Origin: an uncultured Chloroflexia bacterium
GTDB lineage: Bacteria > Chloroflexota > Anaerolineae > B4-G1 > SLSP01
Reading direction: 5' to 3'
Length of the DNA: 64,000 nucleotides
Assembly: GCA_963751345.1 (NCBI GenBank)
Contig: CAVVUS010000030.1
Location: forward strand, 320,001 to 384,000
Numbering within the stretch: position 1 is the first letter of the stretch; the number at the start of each line of letters is the position of its first letter. The position numbers were made by a program, and so were the translations under genes. Below the pieces are notes generated by a model. That model worked only from the letters and a program-made list of their open reading frames with translations. It had not been told where the DNA came from and did no database searches. Positions 53,235 through 62,677 of this stretch are shown here, in pieces.

Positions 53235-54275
53235 CTACGCCTTGATGGCGGTCCGAACCCGCGGGTCAATTGCAGGCAACAGCAGGTCGACCAGCAGACT
53301 TGCCGTCATGACGCTGACGACCGATAGAATGATGATGCCCATCATCGTGTTGTAGTCAAAGATGGCGACCGCACGCCCCATCACCTGCCCCAGTCCCGGG
53401 AAGACGAACATGTTCTCGATCAGCAGTTGCCCGCTCATCATCGAACCCATGGTCAGCGCCAGCCCTGTGGCCTGTGGCAGCATCGCGTTGCGCAGGGCAT
53501 AACCGATCATGACTTTCCGCGGATTGATTCCCTTGGCCTCAGCGTAGAGCAGGTAGTCCTCGCCCATATTGCCGACCACCAGGGAGCGGGTGGACAGAAT
53601 CCAACCGGAGAGCGACACGATGATGATCGACAGGGCCGGCAGGAGGCTGTGTGAGACCACACTCTTGATGAAGTTCCAGTTCAACCCGATCTGGTACTGT
53701 GCATCAAACGCACCACGGGTAGGCAATAACTTCCACTGATAGCCTATGAAGAGGACCAGGAAGAGCGCGATCAAGTACGAGGGAATCTGCGATAGACCGA
53801 TGGAGATATTGGTGATCAGGCCGCTAGCCGACGTGTCGCGAAACCACGCCGCGATTGACCCGATCACCAGACCTAAGGTCCAGGAAATGATGATCGAGAC
53901 ACTCAACAGCCCGACCGTCCACGGAATGGCCGCCTTCATCAGGTCGATGACAGGCGTGGGGAAGTTGATAAAGGAAGGGCCCAGATCAAAGTGGACGAGG
54001 ACTTGGTACATGTACTTGTAATACTGCTTCCATAGGGAGCCCGTCATACCGAACTTCTCCCTATAGGCCTGGACCATCGCCTCGCCACCCTGGATTTTCA
54101 CCGAGTATGTCTTCTCCAACGACCTAATCCAGTTCTCGACCGGGTTGGCGGGGATCAGACGGAACATGAAGAACGTGATCGTCAACGCGCCGAAGATCGT
54201 GAGGAAATAGGCAAAGATCTTACTAGCATAATACGACAGAATCGGATACTTCCGGAGTATCTTAAACATAAGCAC
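53235..54275 (-). CDS. Opp/Dpp-family ABC permease, OppB-like
   Basis: DLGPS, EDYLLYAEAKG, LRNAMLP, FVFPGLG and IDPRVR. Confidence 0.93.
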   Translation of the reverse strand: MLMFKILRKYPILSYYASKIFAYFLTIFGALTITFFMFRLIPANPVENWIRSLEKTYSVKIQGGEAMVQAYREKFGMTGSLWKQYYKYMYQVLVHFDLGPSFINFPTPVIDLMKAAIPWTVGLLSVSIIISWTLGLVIGSIAAWFRDTSASGLITNISIGLSQIPSYLIALFLVLFIGYQWKLLPTRGAFDAQYQIGLNWNFIKSVVSHSLLPALSIIIVSLSGWILSTRSLVVGNMGEDYLLYAEAKGINPRKVMIGYALRNAMLPQATGLALTMGSMMSGQLLIENMFVFPGLGQVMGRAVAIFDYNTMMGIIILSVVSVMTASLLVDLLLPAIDPRVRTAIKA

Positions 54276-54378
54276 CTCTCATGATCAGAATCGTAGAGAC
54301 GGAGCGCTGCCCCGTCCGATGGGGCCAATGGTTCAACGGAGCCTCCCCCGTACAACGGGGATAGAAGCCCAGGGTCCG

Positions 54379-54467
54379 GTTTGCCACCCTGAGCGAAACG
54401 GAGGCCCCAGCCGAGACGCCCGGACAACGTCCGCAGGTTCTTCGCTTCGCTCAGAGTGACGGCAAAC
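54379..54467. repeat. TGTCAYCCTGAGCGAAGCGAAG-type palindromic element
   Basis: TTGCCACCCTGAGCGAA...TTCGCTCAGAGTGACGGCAA inverted arms in the spacer between the binding-protein and permease genes. Confidence 0.65.
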
Positions 54468-54591
54468 TTCGCATCAGAACACACACGTTCCACTCTGCAC
54501 GTACGTATGCATACCGACGCATGTTTCTCCACCACTCGAACCACACTGATCCATCTTGCTGAAGTAGGTGAGAACACGCCTCACTCCGGGC

Positions 54592-54639
54592 GGTCAGGCC
54601 CCGCACCTGCTTCGGCACGGGACCTGACCTGACTCAGAT
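54592..54639 (-). terminator. Stem-loop downstream of the substrate-binding protein gene
   Basis: GGTCAGGTCCCG...CGGGGCCTGACC stem without a strong U tract (attenuator or RNA stabiliser). Confidence 0.5.
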
Positions 54640-54679
54640 TCAACGAACCTAACCAGTCACCTTAGAGACGGTGTCCTGA

Positions 54680-56542
54680 CTAGTTGCCCGAAGGCGTCAC
54701 GTTGAAGTAGACTTGCTCGATCTGGCCCCACCAGTTGAAGGGCACAGTGTAGAGATTGTCGTTCGACGGCATGTTGTCCCAGTAGTAGGTGTTGAAGCTG
54801 ACGCTGTAGTAGGTCTCGATAAGCGGGACACCGGGCGGATCCTGCAGCCACAGATCGAACATCTTGTTGTACAGAGGCATCGCGTCGGCGGAGTCAGGAT
54901 CGATGGCATTCAGCGCTAGCAGAGTCTGATCGTACTCCTCATTGCAGTAGCGAACCTCGTTACCGTTGGTGGCCACATCGCCCAGCGGCACAACGCGGTC
55001 GCAGGTGTAGCCATTGTACAGCTCGGTCGGATCCACGGTCGCGCCGCAGAACCACCAGAAGCCGATCTGCACATCACCGATGTCGAGGTTGTCCCAGAAG
55101 GTCGACTGATACTCGAAGGTCGCATCGATGCCGATGGACTTGAGCTCCTCGGTGAAGTCCTGGCCCATCAGGTACTCGTTGCCACCGACGCCCACCGGGG
55201 TCGTGACTGCGAGAGCGACCTGGTTGCCATCAGAATCGACCAACTTGCCACCCTGCTGCGTATAACCGATGGTCGCCAGCAGATCCAGGGCTGCCTGGGG
55301 ATCGTAGGTCAGCGTGCCCCACTTGGCCTTGGCATCCTCGTCGATGAACTTATCAAGGTTGCGGTAGTCGGCCCACAGACCCTGCGCGGGCTTGGAGGGC
55401 GGCGTCCAGATGTTCGCGCCCCACTTCTCGCGGTCCATCAACATCGACATCGCGCGGCGGAACTCAGGCTGATCAAGCGGGGGCTGCATGCTGTTGAACC
55501 ACGCCGCACGCGGGCACGGATCGACGTAGGTCACCTCATTGATCTGGGGGATATCTGCCTTGTTCTGCTGGTAGATATCATAGCCCAGGCCAAAGATGTC
55601 CATATTGTTCGCCTTGACCTCGGCGAGCTGCTGGTCGGCGCCAGGGCCGGTGCGGTAGATCGCGTACTTGGGGGCGGGGAAGTAGCCGATCGACTTGCCC
55701 CAGTAGTTCTCATTCCGCTGCCACACGAACACCTTATTCTGAGGATAGACTTTCATCAGCGTGTAGGGGCCGGTGTAGACGGGCGGATCATTCTTATAGG
55801 TGTGCGGGTCCACGATCGACCAGATGTGCTCAGGGTAGATGTTCAGACCGCCTACGATCCTGCACCAGAAAGCCAGGTGCTGGCGCGGGCGGGGCTCGGT
55901 CATGGTGATGACCACGGTGTAGTCATCAGGCGCGCTGACATCGGACCAGAACTCCGCGTCAGACTGCGGAAGGCCACCCAGATCGTCGAACTCCGGGTCC
56001 ATGGCCATCTGCAGCGTGAAGACCACGTCGTGCGCCGTGAAGGGCTCGCCGTCGTTCCACGTCACACCCTTGCGGACGTAGAGGGTCAACTGGGTGTAGT
56101 CTGCATTGTACTCCCACCCCGTGCCCAACCAGGGGATGATCTCACCGGTGGCATAGTTGACGTACCACATCCACTCACGAGAAAACTGGCCGAGGCCGTT
56201 CTGATAGTGTTCCCCGTTGGGGATGAAGGGGTTGAAGCTATCGAAGATCGAGAAGTCGACCTGGTCGTTGATGACCACTTCATTGCGACTGAACGGCATG
56301 GTCACACCGTTGACCTGGAACTCCTCGACGGCCGTAGCCACGGTTGCCGTGGCCTCGGGCGCGACCGTGGGCTCAGCCGTGGGCGTCGGCCGCGGGGTCG
56401 ACGTCGCTTGTTCACTTACCACCGGCGGGTTGACGATCTGCGGCGTATTGGTGGGGGCGGGGGGCTCGGTAGCTCCTCCGCAGCCCGCCACCATCGCCGC
56501 GATCAAGACCGCGACTGCAAGGTACATGAGCTTTCGCGACAT
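54680..56542 (-). CDS. ABC substrate-binding lipoprotein (SBP family 5, probably oligosaccharide-binding)
   Basis: Lipobox VAGC, Thr/Pro linker, GVTWNDGEPFTAHDVVFT, TGPY and RNENYWG. Confidence 0.93.
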   Translation of the reverse strand: MSRKLMYLAVAVLIAAMVAGCGGATEPPAPTNTPQIVNPPVVSEQATSTPRPTPTAEPTVAPEATATVATAVEEFQVNGVTMPFSRNEVVINDQVDFSIFDSFNPFIPNGEHYQNGLGQFSREWMWYVNYATGEIIPWLGTGWEYNADYTQLTLYVRKGVTWNDGEPFTAHDVVFTLQMAMDPEFDDLGGLPQSDAEFWSDVSAPDDYTVVITMTEPRPRQHLAFWCRIVGGLNIYPEHIWSIVDPHTYKNDPPVYTGPYTLMKVYPQNKVFVWQRNENYWGKSIGYFPAPKYAIYRTGPGADQQLAEVKANNMDIFGLGYDIYQQNKADIPQINEVTYVDPCPRAAWFNSMQPPLDQPEFRRAMSMLMDREKWGANIWTPPSKPAQGLWADYRNLDKFIDEDAKAKWGTLTYDPQAALDLLATIGYTQQGGKLVDSDGNQVALAVTTPVGVGGNEYLMGQDFTEELKSIGIDATFEYQSTFWDNLDIGDVQIGFWWFCGATVDPTELYNGYTCDRVVPLGDVATNGNEVRYCNEEYDQTLLALNAIDPDSADAMPLYNKMFDLWLQDPPGVPLIETYYSVSFNTYYWDNMPSNDNLYTVPFNWWGQIEQVYFNVTPSGN

Positions 56543-56689
56543 GGATTCTATCCTCCTACAACGTGGTTGAAGTTAAGCTACAGACAACTGGGAAATACTT
56601 CGGCATCCAATGGATGGTTCGTTCCGCGACTTATCACCCCCCTTCCCGAGCAGATCACAACATCTGACAGTATCGCACGAAGTCACACA

Positions 56690-57835
56690 TTACGCAAGCG
56701 GGACGATCTCCATAGGGATCACGATCCGCTGCGGGTTCAGGTCACTACCTGTGACCATACGCCTGATCAGAGCATTCATACCCTGCTCGCCTAAAGCCTC
56801 ACCGGATTGCAGAGCGATGATAACCAGTGACGCTTGATCACGCCCCAGAAGTCTGTGGCTGACCGCCGCAATGTCAACACCCGGACCCTCTACATCCCCA
56901 CCTCGGCCCTCAATCACGGCCCGCATCAGTTCATTCCTGATCCGCATCAAATCGAAATTCATCTGCAAGGCTACGAACTGGTTAATCGCGATCATCGCCG
57001 TGATCCGATCGCGACGGAGATGGTCGAATAGGCGCAAGTGACTCGATTCGCTCTCGTTTAGCGACACCGGAGAAAGCGCCTCGTATACATCCAAACAGAC
57101 CAGATCCTCATCATAAATGAGTCCGGCCTCTTCAAGCGCCCGCTGATAACCTCGTATGCGTCCGCGCACGCTGCTGACCTTGACCTCGTGCCCCGGGAAA
57201 ATACCAATACGACGATGCCCTCGCTCAATCAGGGCCTTTGTGAGGGCATATCCTGCCCCCAAATCGTCGAAGACCACACGGTCCGTGTCAAGCTCCCGAT
57301 AGTATCGGTCCAATAGAACCAGCGGGAACCCTCGGCTCTGCATTTCACGAAAGAGCCCCATATCCGCGAAACGCGACCGGGGGAAGAGCAGTACCCCGCT
57401 GACGCCGCCGTCAACGGCATCCCGAATGCGAAGGCTCTCACGTTCCTCCGACTCCAGCCCGACGATCTCAAGCTGCACGCCCTCGTGCATTGCTACACGG
57501 GCCGCACCAATGAGGACCGAGGTCACGTAGCTATCCGCATACGTGGGCATACAGAAAGCGACCCTGCAGCTCGACTCTTCAGCACCGGGCTCCTCACAAC
57601 TCGTGACGAAACTCCCACGCCCCTGCTGCCTATCAATCAGGCGGTCCCGCACCAGCAAATCCAACGCTTTGACAATTGTGATCCGGCTGACGCCGTAGTC
57701 CTTGACCAACTGCCGCTCAGATGGCAACGCATCTCCCGGCCGAAACTCGCCTATTCGTATTCGATCCTGAAGCGACGAATAGACCTGATAATAGCGCGGC
57801 AAGGGATCCCGGGGATCAATACTAAATTGGGCCAT
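56690..57835 (-). CDS. GntR winged HTH fused to a LacI-type sugar-binding domain (AraR-like regulator)
   Basis: PRYYQV, LPSERQL, VSRITIVKAL and QGRGSFV; FPLVLLDR, GHRRIG and RIRGY. Confidence 0.9.
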   Translation of the reverse strand: MAQFSIDPRDPLPRYYQVYSSLQDRIRIGEFRPGDALPSERQLVKDYGVSRITIVKALDLLVRDRLIDRQQGRGSFVTSCEEPGAEESSCRVAFCMPTYADSYVTSVLIGAARVAMHEGVQLEIVGLESEERESLRIRDAVDGGVSGVLLFPRSRFADMGLFREMQSRGFPLVLLDRYYRELDTDRVVFDDLGAGYALTKALIERGHRRIGIFPGHEVKVSSVRGRIRGYQRALEEAGLIYDEDLVCLDVYEALSPVSLNESESSHLRLFDHLRRDRITAMIAINQFVALQMNFDLMRIRNELMRAVIEGRGGDVEGPGVDIAAVSHRLLGRDQASLVIIALQSGEALGEQGMNALIRRMVTGSDLNPQRIVIPMEIVPLA

Positions 57836-57864
57836 TAGGACTTTCTGCGTCGCGATTAGCCATA

Positions 57865-57892
57865 TGGATATATGGACATGTGGATATATCCA
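57865..57892. promoter_or_regulatory. Candidate operator of the GntR/LacI regulator
   Basis: Perfect palindrome TGGATATATCCA (57881-57892) and a second copy TGGATATATGGA (57865-57876), just downstream of the regulator's -10 box. Confidence 0.6.
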
Positions 57893-57919
57893 GTATAGAA
57901 CAAATCATAGCCCTGTCAA
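57892..57919 (-). promoter_or_regulatory. Sigma70 promoter of the regulator/ABC operon
   Basis: TTGACA-16 bp-TATACT on the minus strand. Confidence 0.7.
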
Positions 57920-58210
57920 GGACGCCCACTCGAGATTCCTACACAAACCACGTTTCGCCTTATGTCCAGATCCTACCACCTTCCCCCAAGTCGGATCGCA
58001 GTACTCGATCAGTGTATCTACACTAGGCCAATCAGACGAAAATCGCCAAACACGGATAATGATTGTTATTATAATAGGATCTTTGTGAGAGAAAAGAGGA
58101 CAAATATCACATTTATCCGGGATTCCTCGCCTTGCCCCCCTGGACTAACCGGCCAATTATGGCTATGATGATCTTGGGTGAGCATATCACAAGTTTGTCA
58201 AGGAGGCCAC

Positions 58211-58993
58211 ATGCTACCGATCGTCGAATTCTGCGGACTTAACGTGACACGCCTGATCCTGGGAGCCAATCCCTTTGGGGGCTATAGCCACCAGAATCCG
58301 GAGCGCGACAGGGAAATGCGCACCTACTATACGGTAGAACGCATCCAAGAGACCTGGGGCCGGGCCGAAGCCGCAGGCATCACGACGATGATCACGAACA
58401 ACGAGACCCCACACGTCCTGCAGGCTGTGCAAGAGTATCTCGGGGCGGGGGGCGCCCTCCAATGGATCGCGCAGGTCAATCTCCGCGAGAAGAACGATAT
58501 GGTACAAGCCATCGACGAGGTCGTCGAGATCGGATGTAAAGCTCTCTACTTCCACGGGGCGCTCGTCGACGATGCCTACCGCCGGCAGGATGCCGCGGTG
58601 ATTCGCAACTGGTGCGAGTATGCACGCTCACGCGGCGTGCCCGCAGGCGTCGCCGGCCATGCACCAGAGGCTCATCTTTGGGCCAACAGCCTGGGCGTCA
58701 CAGACTTCCACGCTGTCTGTTTCTTCAACTGCGGGAGTCTCCACACCGGCGGCGGCGAGAGATTCCGGCTTGCCGACATGATCCGCGCAGTGGATGCAAT
58801 CCGCCAGATTCAGAAGCCCTGCATCGGCTACAAGATCATGGGCGCGGGCCGAATCGACGCGCGCATGGCGTTCGAGTATGCCTTCGAGAACATCAAGCCC
58901 ACCGATGTGGTCAACGTCGGGATGTATCGAGGTGACAAGGACGCCATCGTCGAGGAAAACGTCGCCCTGGCAACCGAGATCCTCGGTGCCTGA
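58211..58993 (+). CDS. Aldo/keto-reductase-like TIM-barrel hypothetical protein
   Basis: AAGGAGG RBS; VTRLILGANPFGG-SH, GVAGH, KPCIGYKIMGAGR and IKPTDVVNVGMY. Confidence 0.75.
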   Translation: MLPIVEFCGLNVTRLILGANPFGGYSHQNPERDREMRTYYTVERIQETWGRAEAAGITTMITNNETPHVLQAVQEYLGAGGALQWIAQVNLREKNDMVQAIDEVVEIGCKALYFHGALVDDAYRRQDAAVIRNWCEYARSRGVPAGVAGHAPEAHLWANSLGVTDFHAVCFFNCGSLHTGGGERFRLADMIRAVDAIRQIQKPCIGYKIMGAGRIDARMAFEYAFENIKPTDVVNVGMYRGDKDAIVEENVALATEILGA

Positions 58994-59011
58994 GCGCTGC
59001 CGCACTGCCCG

Positions 59012-59606
59012 TCAAGCGGGAATGGCACGCCACGCAGCCTGAACCTGGGCCAGTGTCTCGGCCAAGGAGCCGCCGGTGTCAATGACGACGTCGGCACGGG
59101 AGAGCTTATCGGCCTGAGGAGGCTGCGCGCCGATCCGCTGCAGCGCATCGGCGCGGCTCAACTTGCGGAGACGGACCAGGCGCTCAAGCTGTGTGGCTTC
59201 GGAGCACGTGGTGACCCAGATGGCATCGTAGTCCTCGGCCATCCCGCTCTCCAGGAGCTTGATCGCCTCCACCACGATGACCCGGGCCTGGGATGAAGCG
59301 ATGATCCGGTCCACGGTCCGGATCACAGCGGGATGGACCAGCGACTCCAGGCGCCCGAGCGCCAGCGGATCAGAGAAAACGATGGCCCCCAACGCCTTTC
59401 GGTCGATGGTGCCATCGGAGCTTCAGAATCTCAGGGCCAAACGCCTCGAGAACAGGGCCATACGCGCTGCCGTCCGGAGACATGACGGCATGTGCAACTT
59501 CGTCGGCGTCGATCCGTTCTGCTCCCAGATCCGCCAGCATTCGCCCGACCGTCGATTTGCCGGTGGCGATATTCCCCGTGAGCCCAATGCGGTAAGGAAT
59601 CGCCAT
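59012..59606 (-). CDS. coaE: Dephospho-CoA kinase (frameshift near 59425)
   Basis: IGLTGNIATGKST, IDAD, LESLVHP, EAIKLLE and ADVVID. Confidence 0.93.
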
Positions 59607-61519
59607 CAGGTCGTTGCCAGAGGCGTGTCGGCGACCTGCGCCCACTCCTCGAGGAGCTGATTGACCCGCACCTCGGTCTGGCGATACTCGGCGCCCAGCT
59701 TCGCCACCCTAGAGACATCCTGGTCGCGTCCGGCTGCATCCAGCGCGTAGGTTAGCGTCTGCAGATGCCCCTCAAGGCGGTGGATCTCCTCCTCCAGCTC
59801 GACCAAATGCTCCTGCTGACGAGCCAGGACCCGCTCGCGCTCACGACGGGCCCGCCGCTCGGCCTCTCGTTGCGCGCGGGCCTCCTCATCGACCTGTTTG
59901 GCCCTACGAGGGGCATCTCGCCACATTTGGTGCCAAGCCTGATAGGGCTCGTAGCCTTCCTCAAAAACGTGGAGGATACCATCCCCGATCGCCCACACTT
60001 TTGTGGCTATCTCGCGGATCAGATACCGATCGTGGCTGACCATCAGGATCGTTCCGTCAAATCCGAGCAGCACTTGCTGAAGCACCTCCTGAGAGGTGAT
60101 ATCCAAGTGGTTCGTCGGCTCATCCAGGAGCAGGAAGTTCGCCTTGGCCAGCGAGAGAATGGCAATAGCTACCCGCGCGCGCTCGCCGCCGGAAAGAACG
60201 GCGACATCTTTGAAAACATCATCGCCGCGAAACCCGTAGCGGGCCAGAAAGCTGCGTGTCTCGGCAATCGATCCCATCCCCGCGTCGAGCAGCGTATCGA
60301 GAACCGACCGGCCTCCCACAAGATGGTCCTGAACCTGCGCGAAGTAGCCGACACGGACCGCGGCCCCCAGGCGGACGCGACCTTCCAGTGGGCGCAGCCG
60401 GCGCAAGATCGTCCGCAAGAGCGTCGTCTTGCCCGTACCATTGGGGCCTACGAGGGCCACGCGCTGCCCTCGCCGAATCTCCGCCTCGGCGACCTGCACC
60501 AACGATTTGCCCTGCTCGTACCCGACCTCCAGGTCATAGAGCCCAAGGACGAGGTCTCCGCTGCGCAGCGTGGTCTGGAGGTTCACGTGAATCCGCTGTT
60601 CCTCAACCGGACGCTCCAGGCGCTCCTCACGTTCCAGACGTTTCAGCCGTCCCTTGGCCTCGGCGGAGCGCTGACCTGCCATATAGCGTCGTATATAGGC
60701 CTCGGTCTCCTGGGTATGACGTTGCTGCGCCTCATACTCCGCCTCCTGCCTCGCCCGGCGACCGGCTCGCTGCATCGTGTAGGCACTGTAGTTCCCCGTA
60801 TAGGTCTCCAGCTTCCCCTGGGCCATCTCGACGACCCGCGTCGCAATCGCATCGAGAAAGGCTCGATCGTGCGCGACCACGATCATCCCACCGCGCCAGG
60901 CCTTCAGTTGATCCTCCAGCCACTCAATCCCCTCGAGATCAAGGTGATTGGTCGGCTCGTCGAGCAGCAGGATGTCCGGCTCCTCAAGCAGGAGTCGGCC
61001 CAGGAGAGCACGCGTCTTCTCACCGCCGCTGAGATAGGCCACCGGCTGGTGGAATTCCTGCTCCGTAAAGCCCAGCCCACCCAATACCTGGCCAATCCGC
61101 GCTTCGTAGGTGAAGCCCCCGGCTCGCTCAAACGCTTCGAGTTCCCTGCCGTATCGCTCGATCGCTCGCTCTCGCTCCTCCTCATCGGGCGAGGCCATCA
61201 AGGCCTCGAGATGTCTGAGCTGGGCTTGTCTGGCCTTCAGACCCACAAAGACAGCCTCCATCGCCTCCCACAGCGTTCCCTCCCCCGAGAAGTCGGGGTC
61301 CTGGGGGAGATATCCCAGCCGGCTATCGCGGGTTCGACTCACCTCACCGCCCTCGGGCTCCAGTTGCCCCGCGATCACGTTCAGGAGTGTGCTCTTCCCA
61401 CACCCATTGGCGCCAACAAGTGCAAGGTGTTCGCCGGCGTGAAGATCGAGGGAGATATCGGCGAAGATGTCGTCGGCACCGAAGTATTTTGTCAAATGAG
61501 AAACTGAGAGTAATGCCAT
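59606..61519 (-). CDS. ABC-F family ATPase
   Basis: Two NBDs (GANGCGKST, LSGGEK, LDEPTNHLD; GPNGTGKTT, LSGGER, LDEPTNHLD), no TM segments, coiled-coil C-terminus. Confidence 0.95.
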   Translation of the reverse strand: MALLSVSHLTKYFGADDIFADISLDLHAGEHLALVGANGCGKSTLLNVIAGQLEPEGGEVSRTRDSRLGYLPQDPDFSGEGTLWEAMEAVFVGLKARQAQLRHLEALMASPDEEERERAIERYGRELEAFERAGGFTYEARIGQVLGGLGFTEQEFHQPVAYLSGGEKTRALLGRLLLEEPDILLLDEPTNHLDLEGIEWLEDQLKAWRGGMIVVAHDRAFLDAIATRVVEMAQGKLETYTGNYSAYTMQRAGRRARQEAEYEAQQRHTQETEAYIRRYMAGQRSAEAKGRLKRLEREERLERPVEEQRIHVNLQTTLRSGDLVLGLYDLEVGYEQGKSLVQVAEAEIRRGQRVALVGPNGTGKTTLLRTILRRLRPLEGRVRLGAAVRVGYFAQVQDHLVGGRSVLDTLLDAGMGSIAETRSFLARYGFRGDDVFKDVAVLSGGERARVAIAILSLAKANFLLLDEPTNHLDITSQEVLQQVLLGFDGTILMVSHDRYLIREIATKVWAIGDGILHVFEEGYEPYQAWHQMWRDAPRRAKQVDEEARAQREAERRARRERERVLARQQEHLVELEEEIHRLEGHLQTLTYALDAAGRDQDVSRVAKLGAEYRQTEVRVNQLLEEWAQVADTPLATT

Positions 61520-61634
61520 AGTAGTGAGATTATACCAGACTTCAGGCACCTCAATCTCGCAACAAACGTTGCGACCCGCGCAAGCCAACAATCGACTACA
61601 ATGGGGAAGACCCGCAGCCCAAGATGAGGAGCCC

Positions 61635-62603
61635 ATGATGAACGTCGTTACCGTAACGATGAACCCAGCCCTGGACCAGACTGTGAGCGTCGACAATTTC
61701 CGACTCAGCACCATCAATCGCGGGCAGGCCATGCAGGTCGACCCCGGCGGAAAAGGGGTCAACGTGGCATCCTTTCTCGCCGATGCCGGCTATGCCGCGA
61801 CCGTCACGGGCTTCTTGGGAGAGGACAACCCCGAGCTTTTCGAGCGGCTGTGCGACCAGAAAGGGATGGTGGACGCCTTTGTGCGAATCCCGGGCCGCAC
61901 ACGTACGGGGATCAAGATCGTGGATCCGGCTCAACGGCAGACCACGGATATCAATATGCCCGGAACGCCGCCGCCGCAGGCGAAAATCGCCGCCCTTCGA
62001 GCTATCCTCGAAACCCTGGCATCGCACTGCGACTGGTTTGTCCTCTCCGGCAGCCTGCCGCCGGGGCTCCCAGCGGACATCTATGCGTCCCTCATCACAA
62101 GGCTGAACGCACTGGGGAAGCGCGTGGTCCTGGATACAAGCGGCCAGCCACTCCGCGAAGGCGTGCGCGCCGGGCCCACGATCGCCAAGCCCAATGTCGA
62201 CGAACTGCAGCAGCTCGTCGAGCATCGCCTGGAGACGTATTCTGAGATTGAGCGGGCAGGTCGGCGCCTCCTCGATTACGGCATCCTGCTGGTCGTCGTC
62301 TCAATGGGTGCTCGGGGCGCCATTTTCATCGACGCCCACCGGTCGCTTCTCGCGACGCCCCCGCGCGTTGCTGACGTGAGCAGCGTGGGTGCCGGCGATG
62401 CCATGGTTGCGGGACTTGTGGCAGGGCAAATCCGCGGGCTGGAGCTGGCGGCGTGCGCGCGGCTGGCGACGGCCTACTCCGTAGGGGCCATCACGCGTAT
62501 CGGGGCCCACCTCCCCCCGCCCGAGCAAGTCGAAGCCTATCGGACAGGGGTGACCCTTGAGCTCCTGCTCAGTGTTGACCCTGTTTCCACGGGTGATTCT
62601 TGA
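61635..62603 (+). CDS. 1-phosphofructokinase-family (PfkB) hexose kinase
   Basis: TMNPALD, GGKGVNVA, SGSLPPG, KPNVDEL and SSVGAGDAMVAG. Confidence 0.92.
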   Translation: MMNVVTVTMNPALDQTVSVDNFRLSTINRGQAMQVDPGGKGVNVASFLADAGYAATVTGFLGEDNPELFERLCDQKGMVDAFVRIPGRTRTGIKIVDPAQRQTTDINMPGTPPPQAKIAALRAILETLASHCDWFVLSGSLPPGLPADIYASLITRLNALGKRVVLDTSGQPLREGVRAGPTIAKPNVDELQQLVEHRLETYSEIERAGRRLLDYGILLVVVSMGARGAIFIDAHRSLLATPPRVADVSSVGAGDAMVAGLVAGQIRGLELAACARLATAYSVGAITRIGAHLPPPEQVEAYRTGVTLELLLSVDPVSTGDS

Positions 62604-62677
62604 TGGGACCATGGTACCAGCTATAATGAACGCAGATCCCCCCTCCTTATCAAGGGGGACGACCAAGTTGGAGAACT

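Noticed and set aside
54276-54679. Possible ncRNA, riboswitch or small ORF in the long spacer between the binding-protein and permease genes
   Set aside because: Explained by a REP-like element and a stem-loop; no recognisable RNA family motif, and the ORF is largely a translation of the repeat.
61520-61762. Extended starts for the ABC-F (61762) and PfkB (61524) ORFs
   Set aside because: The two extensions overlap each other and the divergent promoter region; homology begins at 61519 and 61635.
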